Positions 29,185 to 37,237 of a stretch of DNA of 64,000 nucleotides are shown here, piece by piece (the first letter of the stretch is position 1; each line of letters begins with the position of its first letter). The notes beneath the pieces are model-generated. The model saw only the letters and a list, made by a program, of their open reading frames with translations, was not told the origin of the DNA and searched no databases. The position numbers were made by a program, and so were the translations under genes. Location of the stretch: sequence record OM728297.1. One strand, given 5' to 3'.

Positions 29185-29196
29185 TATAAATTTGTT
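29185..29196 (-). promoter_or_regulatory. Late-type promoter AACA-N6-TA
   Basis: AACAaatttaTA upstream of HU gene. Confidence 0.55.
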
Positions 29197-29310
29197 CTAG
29201 AACCCACATATATTTTTTAATTTTTTCGAAAAATATATAGGGGAGAACTATAGAAATTTATTTATATATTTGTTACATGCAAATTATAATATTTAAAAAG
29301 TTATGAAAAT

Positions 29311-29319
29311 ATATATTAT
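29311..29319 (+). promoter_or_regulatory. Early-type promoter motif ATATATTAT
   Basis: Upstream of ugi. Confidence 0.65.
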
Positions 29320-29343
29320 TTATAAGATAAAATAAGTAATTAA

Positions 29344-29363
29344 AGGAGGTGTTTAAAATGTAA
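29344..29363 (+). other. Strong SD followed by ATG-TAA start-stop element
   Basis: AAGGAGGTG-tttaaa-ATG-TAA in ugi leader. Confidence 0.5.
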
Positions 29364-29446
29364 ATTATATTAAAATCGGTATAATAGAAAGAGAGAATTT
29401 AAATTGGGAATATACAAGTAATACAAAAATTAGGAGGAATTTCAAC

Positions 29447-29701
29447 ATGACAAATTTATCTGACATCATTGAAAAAGAAACAGGAAAAGAATTAGTAATT
29501 CAAGAATCAATCTTAATGACACCTGAAGAAGTAGAGGAAGTAATTGGGAATGCACCAAAAAGTGATATTTTAGTTCATACTGCTTATGATGAAAGCACAG
29601 ATGAGAATATAATGCTTTTAACTTCAGATGCACCAGAATATAAACCATGGGCTTTAGTGATTCAGAATAATAATGGAGAAAATAAAATTAAAATGCTATA
29701 A
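29447..29701 (+). CDS. ugi: Uracil-DNA glycosylase inhibitor
   Basis: 84 aa, 77/84 identical to the PBS2 Ugi sequence as remembered. Confidence 0.97.
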   Translation: MTNLSDIIEKETGKELVIQESILMTPEEVEEVIGNAPKSDILVHTAYDESTDENIMLLTSDAPEYKPWALVIQNNNGENKIKML

Positions 29702-29705
29702 GTAT

Positions 29706-29745
29706 AAATATTAGTATATAGGAGTATTCCTATATACTAATATTT
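29706..29745 (+). terminator. Hairpin terminator
   Basis: 18-bp perfect IR. Confidence 0.75.
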
Positions 29746-29793
29746 CTTTAATAAAAAAAAAATCTATTTTTATTTCCATTTTATTGAATTTTA

Positions 29794-29802
29794 TGTTATA
29801 AT
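29794..29802 (+). promoter_or_regulatory. Extended -10-like element TGTTATAAT
   Basis: Same TATGTTATAATA context as 18486-18497; weak -35. Confidence 0.35.
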
Positions 29803-29959
29803 AAATAGAGAACTAAAAAACTATTTTCCTAACTTTTTATGTGAACTCATAAAAATATAATATAGGTTTTGATAGGTAATAATATAAAATTAATATTATT
29901 ATATATTAAATTTTAATAAAATAATTATATAATAATAATATTATAGGAGGAAAACATTT

Positions 29960-31450
29960 GTGATCAGTAATTTTAGAAAGTTTCATGGTAATAAGAATCA
30001 AGAAAAATTTAATGAAAATCTTATTCTTAATAAGGAAAATGAAAGTATTTTAAATTATTTAGATCCTATTTGTAAAACGTTGGAGATCATCCCAGAGATT
30101 ACATATCTTGGATCATCTGTAGAACCAATTAATAAAGTATATAAGTTTAATAAAGAAGAGAAGACTTCTGATATTGAACGCTCAGAACTGCAATTAATTA
30201 AAATGTCCTTCCTTATTGAAAAAGATGATAAGAAAGAAGAAATAAATAAATTTATTTATTTTCCAAAATTAATTGATTCACAGTACTTTATTATTAATGG
30301 TAATAGATATTATCCAATCTATCAATTACTTGATAGTGGTACTTATCGTACAAATAAAGCTCTCACACTTAAAACACTACTTATGCCAATTGTTCTAAGA
30401 GAAAAGAAAGAGACATTTGATGATATTAATGGTGAAACACATACAATGTTAAATGTTGATCTTGATTTATTTAAGAGTAAAGTTCCATTCTTAATATACT
30501 TCTTCTCTAAATTTGGATTTGAAGGAACTCTTGAATATTTTGGTTTAAAATATTTAATTCATGTTTTAATGAAAGAAGACTTAGACCAATTGGATAAAGA
30601 TGAACTTAATGATAATGTAATTTTTATGATTACTAAAAATATCTCCTTAGTTGTTGATAAGAATTTCTTTAGTAATAAAAATAATCAGATTATTATTGCC
30701 ACATTACTTAACTGCTTTAATACTAGAATTAAAATTGATAAGATTTATGAAAAAGATTATTGGGTGAAGAAACTCGGTGGTTACTTTACTACTAATAATA
30801 GTAATAAGCAAGAAAAAGGAGAAGGAATTATTCTTTCATTTGAACGTATTCTTGATGAATGGACTAAGAAAATTTTGCGTACAGAGGAAAAGAATAAGGA
30901 AGATATTTATTCAGTAGTTAGATGGATGATTAATAATTATCTTGCTTTAGTAAAACAAGATAACATGAACTTGGCTAATAAGAGAATCAGACTATATGAG
31001 TATCTCTTACATCCATTACTAATCAAATTCAGTAAAGGTACTTATCGTGTTTTAAATAATCGTAATTCTAATAAGTTTGAGAAGATTAAAACGATTTTTA
31101 GTAACATCCAAGAAGGTTTCCTAGTAAAGAAAATTATCAATAATGAATTATTACGTTATGATAATAGTGTAAATAGCATTAGTCTTTTCACGCTGATTCT
31201 AAGATATACACAATCTGGTCCACAAAGTCCTTTTAGTTCTAATAGTACAAACAATAAACTTAGAGGACTTCATCCATCTTACTTAGGGAGATTAGGTTTA
31301 ACTTCTACTTCTGCTGGTGATCCGGGAGCCAGTGGTTCTTTGACTCCTTTCTTAGAACTTCCTGAGAATAGTTATATGCATTTTACAGAAGAACCAGAAA
31401 TTAATTTGAATATTGATGATATCTCAATTGATGAAGTTATTGAATCTTAA
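29960..31450 (+). CDS. rpoB: Non-virion RNA polymerase beta subunit, N-terminal part
   Basis: YFIINGNRYYPIYQL, RGLHPSYLGRL..TSTSAGDPGASG; closely resembles AR9 nvRNAP beta-N as remembered. Confidence 0.95.
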   Translation: MISNFRKFHGNKNQEKFNENLILNKENESILNYLDPICKTLEIIPEITYLGSSVEPINKVYKFNKEEKTSDIERSELQLIKMSFLIEKDDKKEEINKFIYFPKLIDSQYFIINGNRYYPIYQLLDSGTYRTNKALTLKTLLMPIVLREKKETFDDINGETHTMLNVDLDLFKSKVPFLIYFFSKFGFEGTLEYFGLKYLIHVLMKEDLDQLDKDELNDNVIFMITKNISLVVDKNFFSNKNNQIIIATLLNCFNTRIKIDKIYEKDYWVKKLGGYFTTNNSNKQEKGEGIILSFERILDEWTKKILRTEEKNKEDIYSVVRWMINNYLALVKQDNMNLANKRIRLYEYLLHPLLIKFSKGTYRVLNNRNSNKFEKIKTIFSNIQEGFLVKKIINNELLRYDNSVNSISLFTLILRYTQSGPQSPFSSNSTNNKLRGLHPSYLGRLGLTSTSAGDPGASGSLTPFLELPENSYMHFTEEPEINLNIDDISIDEVIES

Positions 31451-31459
31451 TTATAATAT

Positions 31460-31693
31460 TTGGGAGGAAAAATAATGAAAGATCTTATTAATGAGTTATA
31501 TAGTGAAAAATGGTCGGCTGAAAATGAACTGAGTAAACAAAAAGTTCATGTTAAAAATATTACGAATAAATTAAATAGAGAACTTATTCGTAAAGCCGCT
31601 TCTGACATTGTTAAATATTCTGATGAAGGAAAATTAGATAATTGGTCAGTAGAATTAATTATAAATGATCTTCTATCTAAGATGAGAAACTAG
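31460..31693 (+). CDS. Hypothetical protein
   Basis: Likely start at internal ATG after GGAGG. Confidence 0.65.
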   Translation: MGGKIMKDLINELYSEKWSAENELSKQKVHVKNITNKLNRELIRKAASDIVKYSDEGKLDNWSVELIINDLLSKMRN

Positions 31694-31702
31694 ATAATAC
31701 AA

Positions 31703-31736
31703 AAAGCCATACTAATTAGTATGGCTTTATTTTTTT
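31703..31736 (+). terminator. Hairpin terminator
   Basis: 12-bp IR plus T-tract. Confidence 0.7.
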
Positions 31737-31755
31737 AAAGGGAGAGCATTAAAAA

Positions 31756-32151
31756 ATGAAAAAAGAAGGAAAACTTATTATTATAACTGGTGATTTAACT
31801 TATAGATCTGCTTATTCTTTATTTCCCGCATTTAATAATATTATTGATTTAAATTCATTTCATCCTTTGCAATTTAAAGAATGTTTATTAGATATACTTG
31901 AGAGCATTAAAAATGGTTCAGAAATTCTTTTAATAATTAATAGTGATGTTGCTATTAGTATTCTTAATAACATTCTTATTACTGATAGTAAAAATTATCC
32001 TCTAAATATAATAAAATTATATGAAATAAATAAGTTTGAAATGAAAGAAATTAGTTTTGGAAAATTAGGTTATGAAATTGAATGGATGAATGGTTTCTTA
32101 AATAACCTATTTGAAGAAACATTAGAAATTCAAGAAAAAATTAGTGAATAG
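31756..32151 (+). CDS. Hypothetical protein
   Basis: SD GGGAG. Confidence 0.65.
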   Translation: MKKEGKLIIITGDLTYRSAYSLFPAFNNIIDLNSFHPLQFKECLLDILESIKNGSEILLIINSDVAISILNNILITDSKNYPLNIIKLYEINKFEMKEISFGKLGYEIEWMNGFLNNLFEETLEIQEKISE

Positions 32152-32182
32152 TTATTTACCGTATTAAAAATATTTTTCAAGC

Positions 32183-32191
32183 ATATATTAT
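32183..32191 (+). promoter_or_regulatory. Early-type promoter motif ATATATTAT
   Basis: Upstream of 32236. Confidence 0.65.
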
Positions 32192-32235
32192 ATTCCTGTA
32201 ATACCAGACTATTTAAAAGAGGAGGAATATAATAT

Positions 32236-32580
32236 ATGCCTAACACCAAATCAGAACTGACAGAATTCAAAGATCCTCTACTGGTCACGAATCATTTCAC
32301 AAAAGAAAAACGAATTTTTCTAAGAAAGACGCTTGGTGAAGATTATAGTATCCTAAGTAGCTCTGAACTTATTAATGAAATCGATAATGATCCATTAGAA
32401 TTTCTTGATAGAAAGGGGGTTAATAAATACGATTTGGTAATATTTGATACTGGTAGTAATATAAATGAAAAAATTCTAGACACAGTTTCCTCAAAACCAC
32501 TAACTCTTCAAAGAACCACAAAAACTACTCCATCATTCAAGCTTCTAGAATTTCATAATGATAAATTTAATATAATTTAA
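32236..32580 (+). CDS. Hypothetical protein
   Basis: SD GGAGG. Confidence 0.7.
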   Translation: MPNTKSELTEFKDPLLVTNHFTKEKRIFLRKTLGEDYSILSSSELINEIDNDPLEFLDRKGVNKYDLVIFDTGSNINEKILDTVSSKPLTLQRTTKTTPSFKLLEFHNDKFNII

Positions 32581-32583
32581 AAT

Positions 32584-32613
32584 AAAAGGATAATCTTAGT
32601 GATTATCCTTTTT
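32584..32613 (+). terminator. Hairpin terminator
   Basis: 12-bp IR. Confidence 0.65.
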
Positions 32614-32647
32614 ACATATTCAAAGATTTTAATGGGGGAATATTGGA

Positions 32648-32974
32648 ATGGATATTAATGGTAGAGTAATATTAGCCGCAATTGCGGTTATTGTGGGAGG
32701 TACAGTATTAATTAGTATAATACCTTTCTCAAGCTTTATAATTATTGCATGTATAATAGGAGCTGTAATACCTTGGATTCTTCCTAGAAGGAATGAACAA
32801 ATTCAACAATACAACCAAGAACAAGAGTATTATATAAAATTAGAAGAAGAGAATTTAAAACTTAGAGAACAGTTAAACCTAGAAGAAGAAAACCTAAGAT
32901 TAAAAGAAAGATTAAAACTAGAGGAAGAAAATCTAAAACTAAGAGAAGAATTAGAAAAATTAAAGGAGAAATAA
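32648..32974 (+). CDS. Membrane-anchored coiled-coil protein
   Basis: Two N-terminal TM segments, C-terminal repeated LEEENL. Confidence 0.7.
   Translation: MDINGRVILAAIAVIVGGTVLISIIPFSSFIIIACIIGAVIPWILPRRNEQIQQYNQEQEYYIKLEEENLKLREQLNLEEENLRLKERLKLEEENLKLREELEKLKEK
32837..32953 (+). repeat. Three 39-nt (13-aa) tandem repeats
   Basis: KLEEENLKLREQL / NLEEENLRLKERL / KLEEENLKLREEL. Confidence 0.8.
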
Positions 32975-32976
32975 AA

Positions 32977-33693
32977 ATGAAATTAACAGAAATTAAAAAA
33001 GAAGATAAAATTATATTGGTTGAAAAATGCAAAGAATTACTTAATCTAAAAGATGCTAAACTCCCAGATGAGTATTATTATTCCAGTCTTCCTTTATGTG
33101 TAATTGACTCTATCTTTTCTATTAATTCCAATTATACAAGTGTGAAAAATGTAATTAAACGTTATTGCACTTATTTTAATATTAACCCATTAAGAGAAAG
33201 TAGTTCATTCCCTAGTACATCTAATCAGTTATCTGTAAAAAGTTTTATTGATTCTTATGAAAAAATAGGGGTAGATTTTTACACTCAAAAAATCTTTAAT
33301 AATAGGCAACGAACTTCAGCAGTTAATGGAATATTAAAATCTGAAGCCGTTTATGAGTTTTGTAAAGTTCTAAATAAGTATAATATTAATTATTTTCAAG
33401 ATGTAAAAAACATATATGGTAATAAAGAATTTGAAAAAGATATTAGAAATATTAAGGGACAAGGAAAAGGAGTCTCTTTATTATACTTCCTTATGCTTTC
33501 TGGTGAAGAAGATAAAATAAAACCAGATAGAATGATAATCCGCTTTCTTGAAGAGATACTTCAAAGAAAGATTAATATAGATGAATCACAAATATTACTT
33601 AAAGAAGCATCAGTAGTACTATCAAAAGAATATCCAAATTTGAGTCCAAGATTATTGGATTATACAATTTGGGAATATGCTAGGGGAAATTAA
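32977..33693 (+). CDS. HhH-GPD superfamily DNA glycosylase-like protein
   Basis: IRNIKGQGKG HhH motif, then KPDRMIIRFL (candidate catalytic Asp) and LDYTIW. Confidence 0.6.
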   Translation: MKLTEIKKEDKIILVEKCKELLNLKDAKLPDEYYYSSLPLCVIDSIFSINSNYTSVKNVIKRYCTYFNINPLRESSSFPSTSNQLSVKSFIDSYEKIGVDFYTQKIFNNRQRTSAVNGILKSEAVYEFCKVLNKYNINYFQDVKNIYGNKEFEKDIRNIKGQGKGVSLLYFLMLSGEEDKIKPDRMIIRFLEEILQRKINIDESQILLKEASVVLSKEYPNLSPRLLDYTIWEYARGN

Positions 33694-33718
33694 AAACCAT
33701 AATTTCACTATGGTTTTT
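33692..33718 (+). terminator. Hairpin terminator
   Basis: 10-bp IR aaaaaccata/tatggttttt. Confidence 0.6.
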
Positions 33719-33755
33719 AATATAAATTCAATAATTATAGAAAGAGGAGATTTAG

Positions 33756-34052
33756 GTGTACAAAAACGCAAAAGATCTAAGAGAATTAGCACTCAAAAAA
33801 TTAGACTTAAGATTGAATGAGATTATTGATGATTTTGTTTTTCCTGCTTTGAATGATGCCGCTAATAAAGGAAAAATGTCAATAAAATTTACTAGAAATA
33901 ATTATTATGATTTTCTAAAAGATAGTGAGGACTATGAAAAGTTTCAATTAATTTTTGAAAATCAAAAATTATTTAAAGAGAAACTTTCTGAACATGGTTT
34001 AACGTTTATAGATGATTCAACATTAACGTCTATCACAGTCTCTTGGCAATAA
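33756..34052 (+). CDS. Hypothetical protein
   Basis: GTG start, SD GAGGAG. Confidence 0.65.
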   Translation: MYKNAKDLRELALKKLDLRLNEIIDDFVFPALNDAANKGKMSIKFTRNNYYDFLKDSEDYEKFQLIFENQKLFKEKLSEHGLTFIDDSTLTSITVSWQ

Positions 34053-34055
34053 ATT

Positions 34056-34093
34056 AAAAGACATTATAAGGGAATTCCCTTATAATGTCTTTT
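34056..34093. terminator. Bidirectional hairpin terminator
   Basis: 18-bp perfect IR. Confidence 0.75.
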
Positions 34094-34094
34094 C

Positions 34095-34787
34095 CTAATA
34101 GATATATAATTTTTTTCTATTTGCTTGTTTTGCTACATTCTGTCTCCACTTATCTAATAACTCTTGTTTTCTATCTGTTGCTTCTTGTAATTCATCCACA
34201 AATAATTCAATATTGCCAAATGCAGTTTGGAGGTTTGCAAACCGTTTTCTAATTTGATATAATACTTCTTTCGTGTCGTATAATGCTAATTTTAGAAATT
34301 CAGTTTGAAGGTTAGTTGGAATTGTACCAAAATGATCTGGATGGACAACATTTAATAAAAGCTTTGTTTTTCTAATAGTGTATAAAGCAGGGGTTATAGT
34401 AATAATATTTGGATAAGTAAATTGGTAAGTCATTGGGTTTCTATTCATTGATGATAGATCAGCTTGTATTTGTCTACTCACAGGATCAATCATATTATTA
34501 CTATAAGGTACTAATTCTGCACCAAAGTATCTAGTTGTATTATCATACATTCTTGCTACGTTTAATATATTATAATCAGTATTAATATAATATTGGTTTC
34601 CAGTTCCTTCAACTTTATCTTCATTTGATATAATAGCTTCAATTTGATAAGGGAAAAAATTACTAAATGTAACTAATGTTTCTTCTTTAATATTATCAAT
34701 AATTTCATCTGGGTCCATTTCAAGTTCATTAAATTTATAACCTAATTTTTTTTCTATGAACCGAAGGATATAGGTACTAGACAACAT
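34095..34787 (-). CDS. Putative neck/head-completion protein (T4 gp13-like)
   Basis: ILRFIEKKLG..ELE.D.D.I.D.I pattern and C-terminal helix resemble gp13; position in head cluster. Confidence 0.55.
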   Translation of the reverse strand: MLSSTYILRFIEKKLGYKFNELEMDPDEIIDNIKEETLVTFSNFFPYQIEAIISNEDKVEGTGNQYYINTDYNILNVARMYDNTTRYFGAELVPYSNNMIDPVSRQIQADLSSMNRNPMTYQFTYPNIITITPALYTIRKTKLLLNVVHPDHFGTIPTNLQTEFLKLALYDTKEVLYQIRKRFANLQTAFGNIELFVDELQEATDRKQELLDKWRQNVAKQANRKKLYIY

Positions 34788-34807
34788 ATTATCAATCCTC
34801 TCTTTTA

Positions 34808-35050
34808 TTAACTGGTAGAACTAATAAAGTCTACATCCTTCTTAGGAATATCTTCAATTTTTGAATAGCGCTTACTCATAGCTCTATGAGTATAGCAATA
34901 GTACTCTCCATCTTTATTTTTAGCAAAACTACATTCAGTTTTTCCAAATTTATTTTCAATATATTCCTTCTCTTTTGGAGTCAAAGGAATATGCTGAATT
35001 GCTTCAATTAATAATAAACTTTCACAAATCATCTTATACTTTTTATCCAT
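34808..35050 (-). CDS. Small hypothetical protein, possible virion protein
   Basis: SD GGAGG; ICES/LLIEA motifs. Confidence 0.65.
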   Translation of the reverse strand: MDKKYKMICESLLLIEAIQHIPLTPKEKEYIENKFGKTECSFAKNKDGEYYCYTHRAMSKRYSKIEDIPKKDVDFISSTS

Positions 35051-35072
35051 AATGCCCTCCTATAATTTAATA

Positions 35073-35098
35073 TGGTTACTCTATAATTAGAGTAACCA
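35073..35098 (-). terminator. Hairpin downstream of protease gene
   Basis: 11-bp perfect IR. Confidence 0.55.
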
Positions 35099-35104
35099 CT
35101 TATT

Positions 35105-35911
35105 TTAAAATTGAATTAAAAGGAAATTATCAATTTCTTTTTTAATTTCATCTTCAATAAATAAAACAGCTTTACCATCTTCAGTATTGAAGCTAACTGT
35201 TTTACCATCTTCACCTAATTTGGCAGTTCTTTCATCTAAACCAAGATGATCAACTGTTGTTTTAATATTTTGACTCTCTTCCTTGATGTAATTAAGGATT
35301 TCATCTTGAGCCACTGACACCATTAGACCTTCATTAAGAATTCTCTTATTCATAGGATGAATAGCATCTTCTTTAATAATATTTGTCTGATAGGCATTAG
35401 AATGAGAAGGGAAGATTACCCAATCCCAAGTAACAATGTGAAGAGGTTTTTCAACTCGTGTTAGTCCATTCACTTTACGAGTAACACCACCAAGACCTCT
35501 CATTGAAAATGCTACTTCAGTACCTTGTCTAATTAAACCTTCCATATCTTTACCAACGGCAGTGTTAGTAGTTGCTACCACACCTTTTAGTAATTTTTGT
35601 TCCCACCATAATTTCTCAATAACATGAGACATTCTAGTTTGATCAATGTATGTCTGTCTTTCCATTTTATCAGACAATGGATGTCCGGCTTCCCCAAATA
35701 ATGATTTACGTCTTAACTTTTCTTGAATTTGAGGAGAACGAATAGCACCATCTAATGCTTCAAATGCATATTCCCTTCTATTTCTATTACCAGCTTCTGC
35801 CTCTTGAAGAATAGCTTCAATTACAACATTATCTTTATTATGCTCAATAATATTAGGTTTAACTGGTTCTGATGTAGATTCAATAATTAGAAAACCACAA
35901 TTTTGATCCAT
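35105..35911 (-). CDS. Prohead core protease (T4 gp21-like, peptidase S77)
   Basis: NRNRREY, FGEAGHP, FSMRGLG, TWDWVIFPS motifs. Confidence 0.9.
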   Translation of the reverse strand: MDQNCGFLIIESTSEPVKPNIIEHNKDNVVIEAILQEAEAGNRNRREYAFEALDGAIRSPQIQEKLRRKSLFGEAGHPLSDKMERQTYIDQTRMSHVIEKLWWEQKLLKGVVATTNTAVGKDMEGLIRQGTEVAFSMRGLGGVTRKVNGLTRVEKPLHIVTWDWVIFPSHSNAYQTNIIKEDAIHPMNKRILNEGLMVSVAQDEILNYIKEESQNIKTTVDHLGLDERTAKLGEDGKTVSFNTEDGKAVLFIEDEIKKEIDNFLLIQF

Positions 35912-35947
35912 TATTTAGCCGCCTTTCTAATAACTTAATTAAATTTA

Positions 35948-35984
35948 TTAATTATATGTTTTCTAATAAAAAACATATAATTAA
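35948..35984. promoter_or_regulatory. Back-to-back late promoters forming a 15-bp inverted repeat
   Basis: ttaattatatgtttt-7nt-aaaacatataattaa; AACAtataatTA on both strands. Confidence 0.75.
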
Positions 35985-36018
35985 GTTAAATCATAATATT
36001 AAAAGGAGGTACATCAAA

Positions 36019-36477
36019 ATGTTATCCAAATATGAGTCATTATTATTAGTTGAACATGAAGAATTTGATTCATATAGAGAAGAATATTTTCTATTAAAAG
36101 AAGGTTTAGCAACTGATGTCGATAAGACTACTAAAGGTATATTTAATATAATTAAAAAACTCCATTCCTCTAGTGATGATAGATTAATTGAAAATATGCC
36201 AGATTTTTCTAGACTATTAACACGTTGTATCATTATTGGAAGTATTGCCGTTATCAGTCCTGTTATTGGTCTTATTACTTTATATACTAGTTCAGTTATT
36301 AGAAGACGTAATGATGCTAATAGAAGAGAAAAATTAATTCATCTTTATTCTAGTAAATTAGAATATATTGAAGACCGATTAACTAGAGAATCAGATGAAA
36401 AGAAAAGACAAAATATGATTAAAATGAAAAATAAATTAAAAAGTGACTTAGATAAACTAAAAGTCATTAAAGATTAA
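36019..36477 (+). CDS. Hypothetical virion protein with central hydrophobic segment
   Basis: True start likely ATG 36019 (SD AAGGAGG); LLKE-G motif. Confidence 0.7.
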   Translation: MLSKYESLLLVEHEEFDSYREEYFLLKEGLATDVDKTTKGIFNIIKKLHSSSDDRLIENMPDFSRLLTRCIIIGSIAVISPVIGLITLYTSSVIRRRNDANRREKLIHLYSSKLEYIEDRLTRESDEKKRQNMIKMKNKLKSDLDKLKVIKD

Positions 36478-36496
36478 ATGAAGGGAGTGTATATAT

Positions 36497-37126
36497 GTGA
36501 CAGATTTTGATACCCTTCTAATTGATTTTAATAAAAAATTAATGGAAGATACAAAACATAATAATAATTTTTTCCTTAAAGAAGATGAAGACGATGATGA
36601 TGTAGGTATGGATAGTCTTGAAGACTTATCTGTTGGACACTCTAATGACCCTGCTCATCCAGAAGATGAAACAGATAGTAAATCTGAAGAAACTAATGAT
36701 GGCAATCCACCAGAATCTTTAGACGATGGAGATGATAGTTCAAATCCTTCAGATGGAGATCCTGATGGTCAAGGAGATGAATCAGGAGATTTAGATAGTG
36801 AACAAGATGATAGTCCTACTGATAATGATAAAAAATTACAATTGTATAAGTCATATAAGACAATTTACACATCTATCGATAATTTTTTAGATAAAGTTTC
36901 ATCTTATAAGGAATATTTAGATACAGAAGAAAATAAGAGTAAGAATTATGAACTTGTTGAATATATCGAAGATAAATTATATAATCTAAAAGATAGTACC
37001 AAAATTATGTTAACTGACAAAATTAAGACAATGGATTATGAAAAAGTAAAAACTGTTTTCGTATATACAAAAAGTGAAATTAACTTACTGGTCAACCTAT
37101 TTAACAAATTTTCTTCTTCCAAGTAA
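36497..37126 (+). CDS. Acidic low-complexity protein, possible scaffold/core protein
   Basis: D/S/G-rich N-half, helical C-half, between protease and capsid genes. Confidence 0.5.
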   Translation: MTDFDTLLIDFNKKLMEDTKHNNNFFLKEDEDDDDVGMDSLEDLSVGHSNDPAHPEDETDSKSEETNDGNPPESLDDGDDSSNPSDGDPDGQGDESGDLDSEQDDSPTDNDKKLQLYKSYKTIYTSIDNFLDKVSSYKEYLDTEENKSKNYELVEYIEDKLYNLKDSTKIMLTDKIKTMDYEKVKTVFVYTKSEINLLVNLFNKFSSSK

Positions 37127-37128
37127 TA

Positions 37129-37140
37129 AACAATTTAATA
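37129..37140 (+). promoter_or_regulatory. Late-type promoter AACA-N6-TA
   Basis: AACAatttaaTA upstream of capsid gene. Confidence 0.7.
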
Positions 37141-37237
37141 GTAAAAAAATTATAAATCAATTTATTAGATTTTATATTAGAGAGATCTAAACAAAAAATT
37201 ATTAAAATCTAATAATTAAGAAAAGGAGTAATGATCA

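Noticed and set aside
29746-29950. Very AT-rich gap as a replication origin
   Set aside because: No iterons or other distinguishing repeats; similar AT-rich gaps occur at 7200-7420 and 14010-14170.
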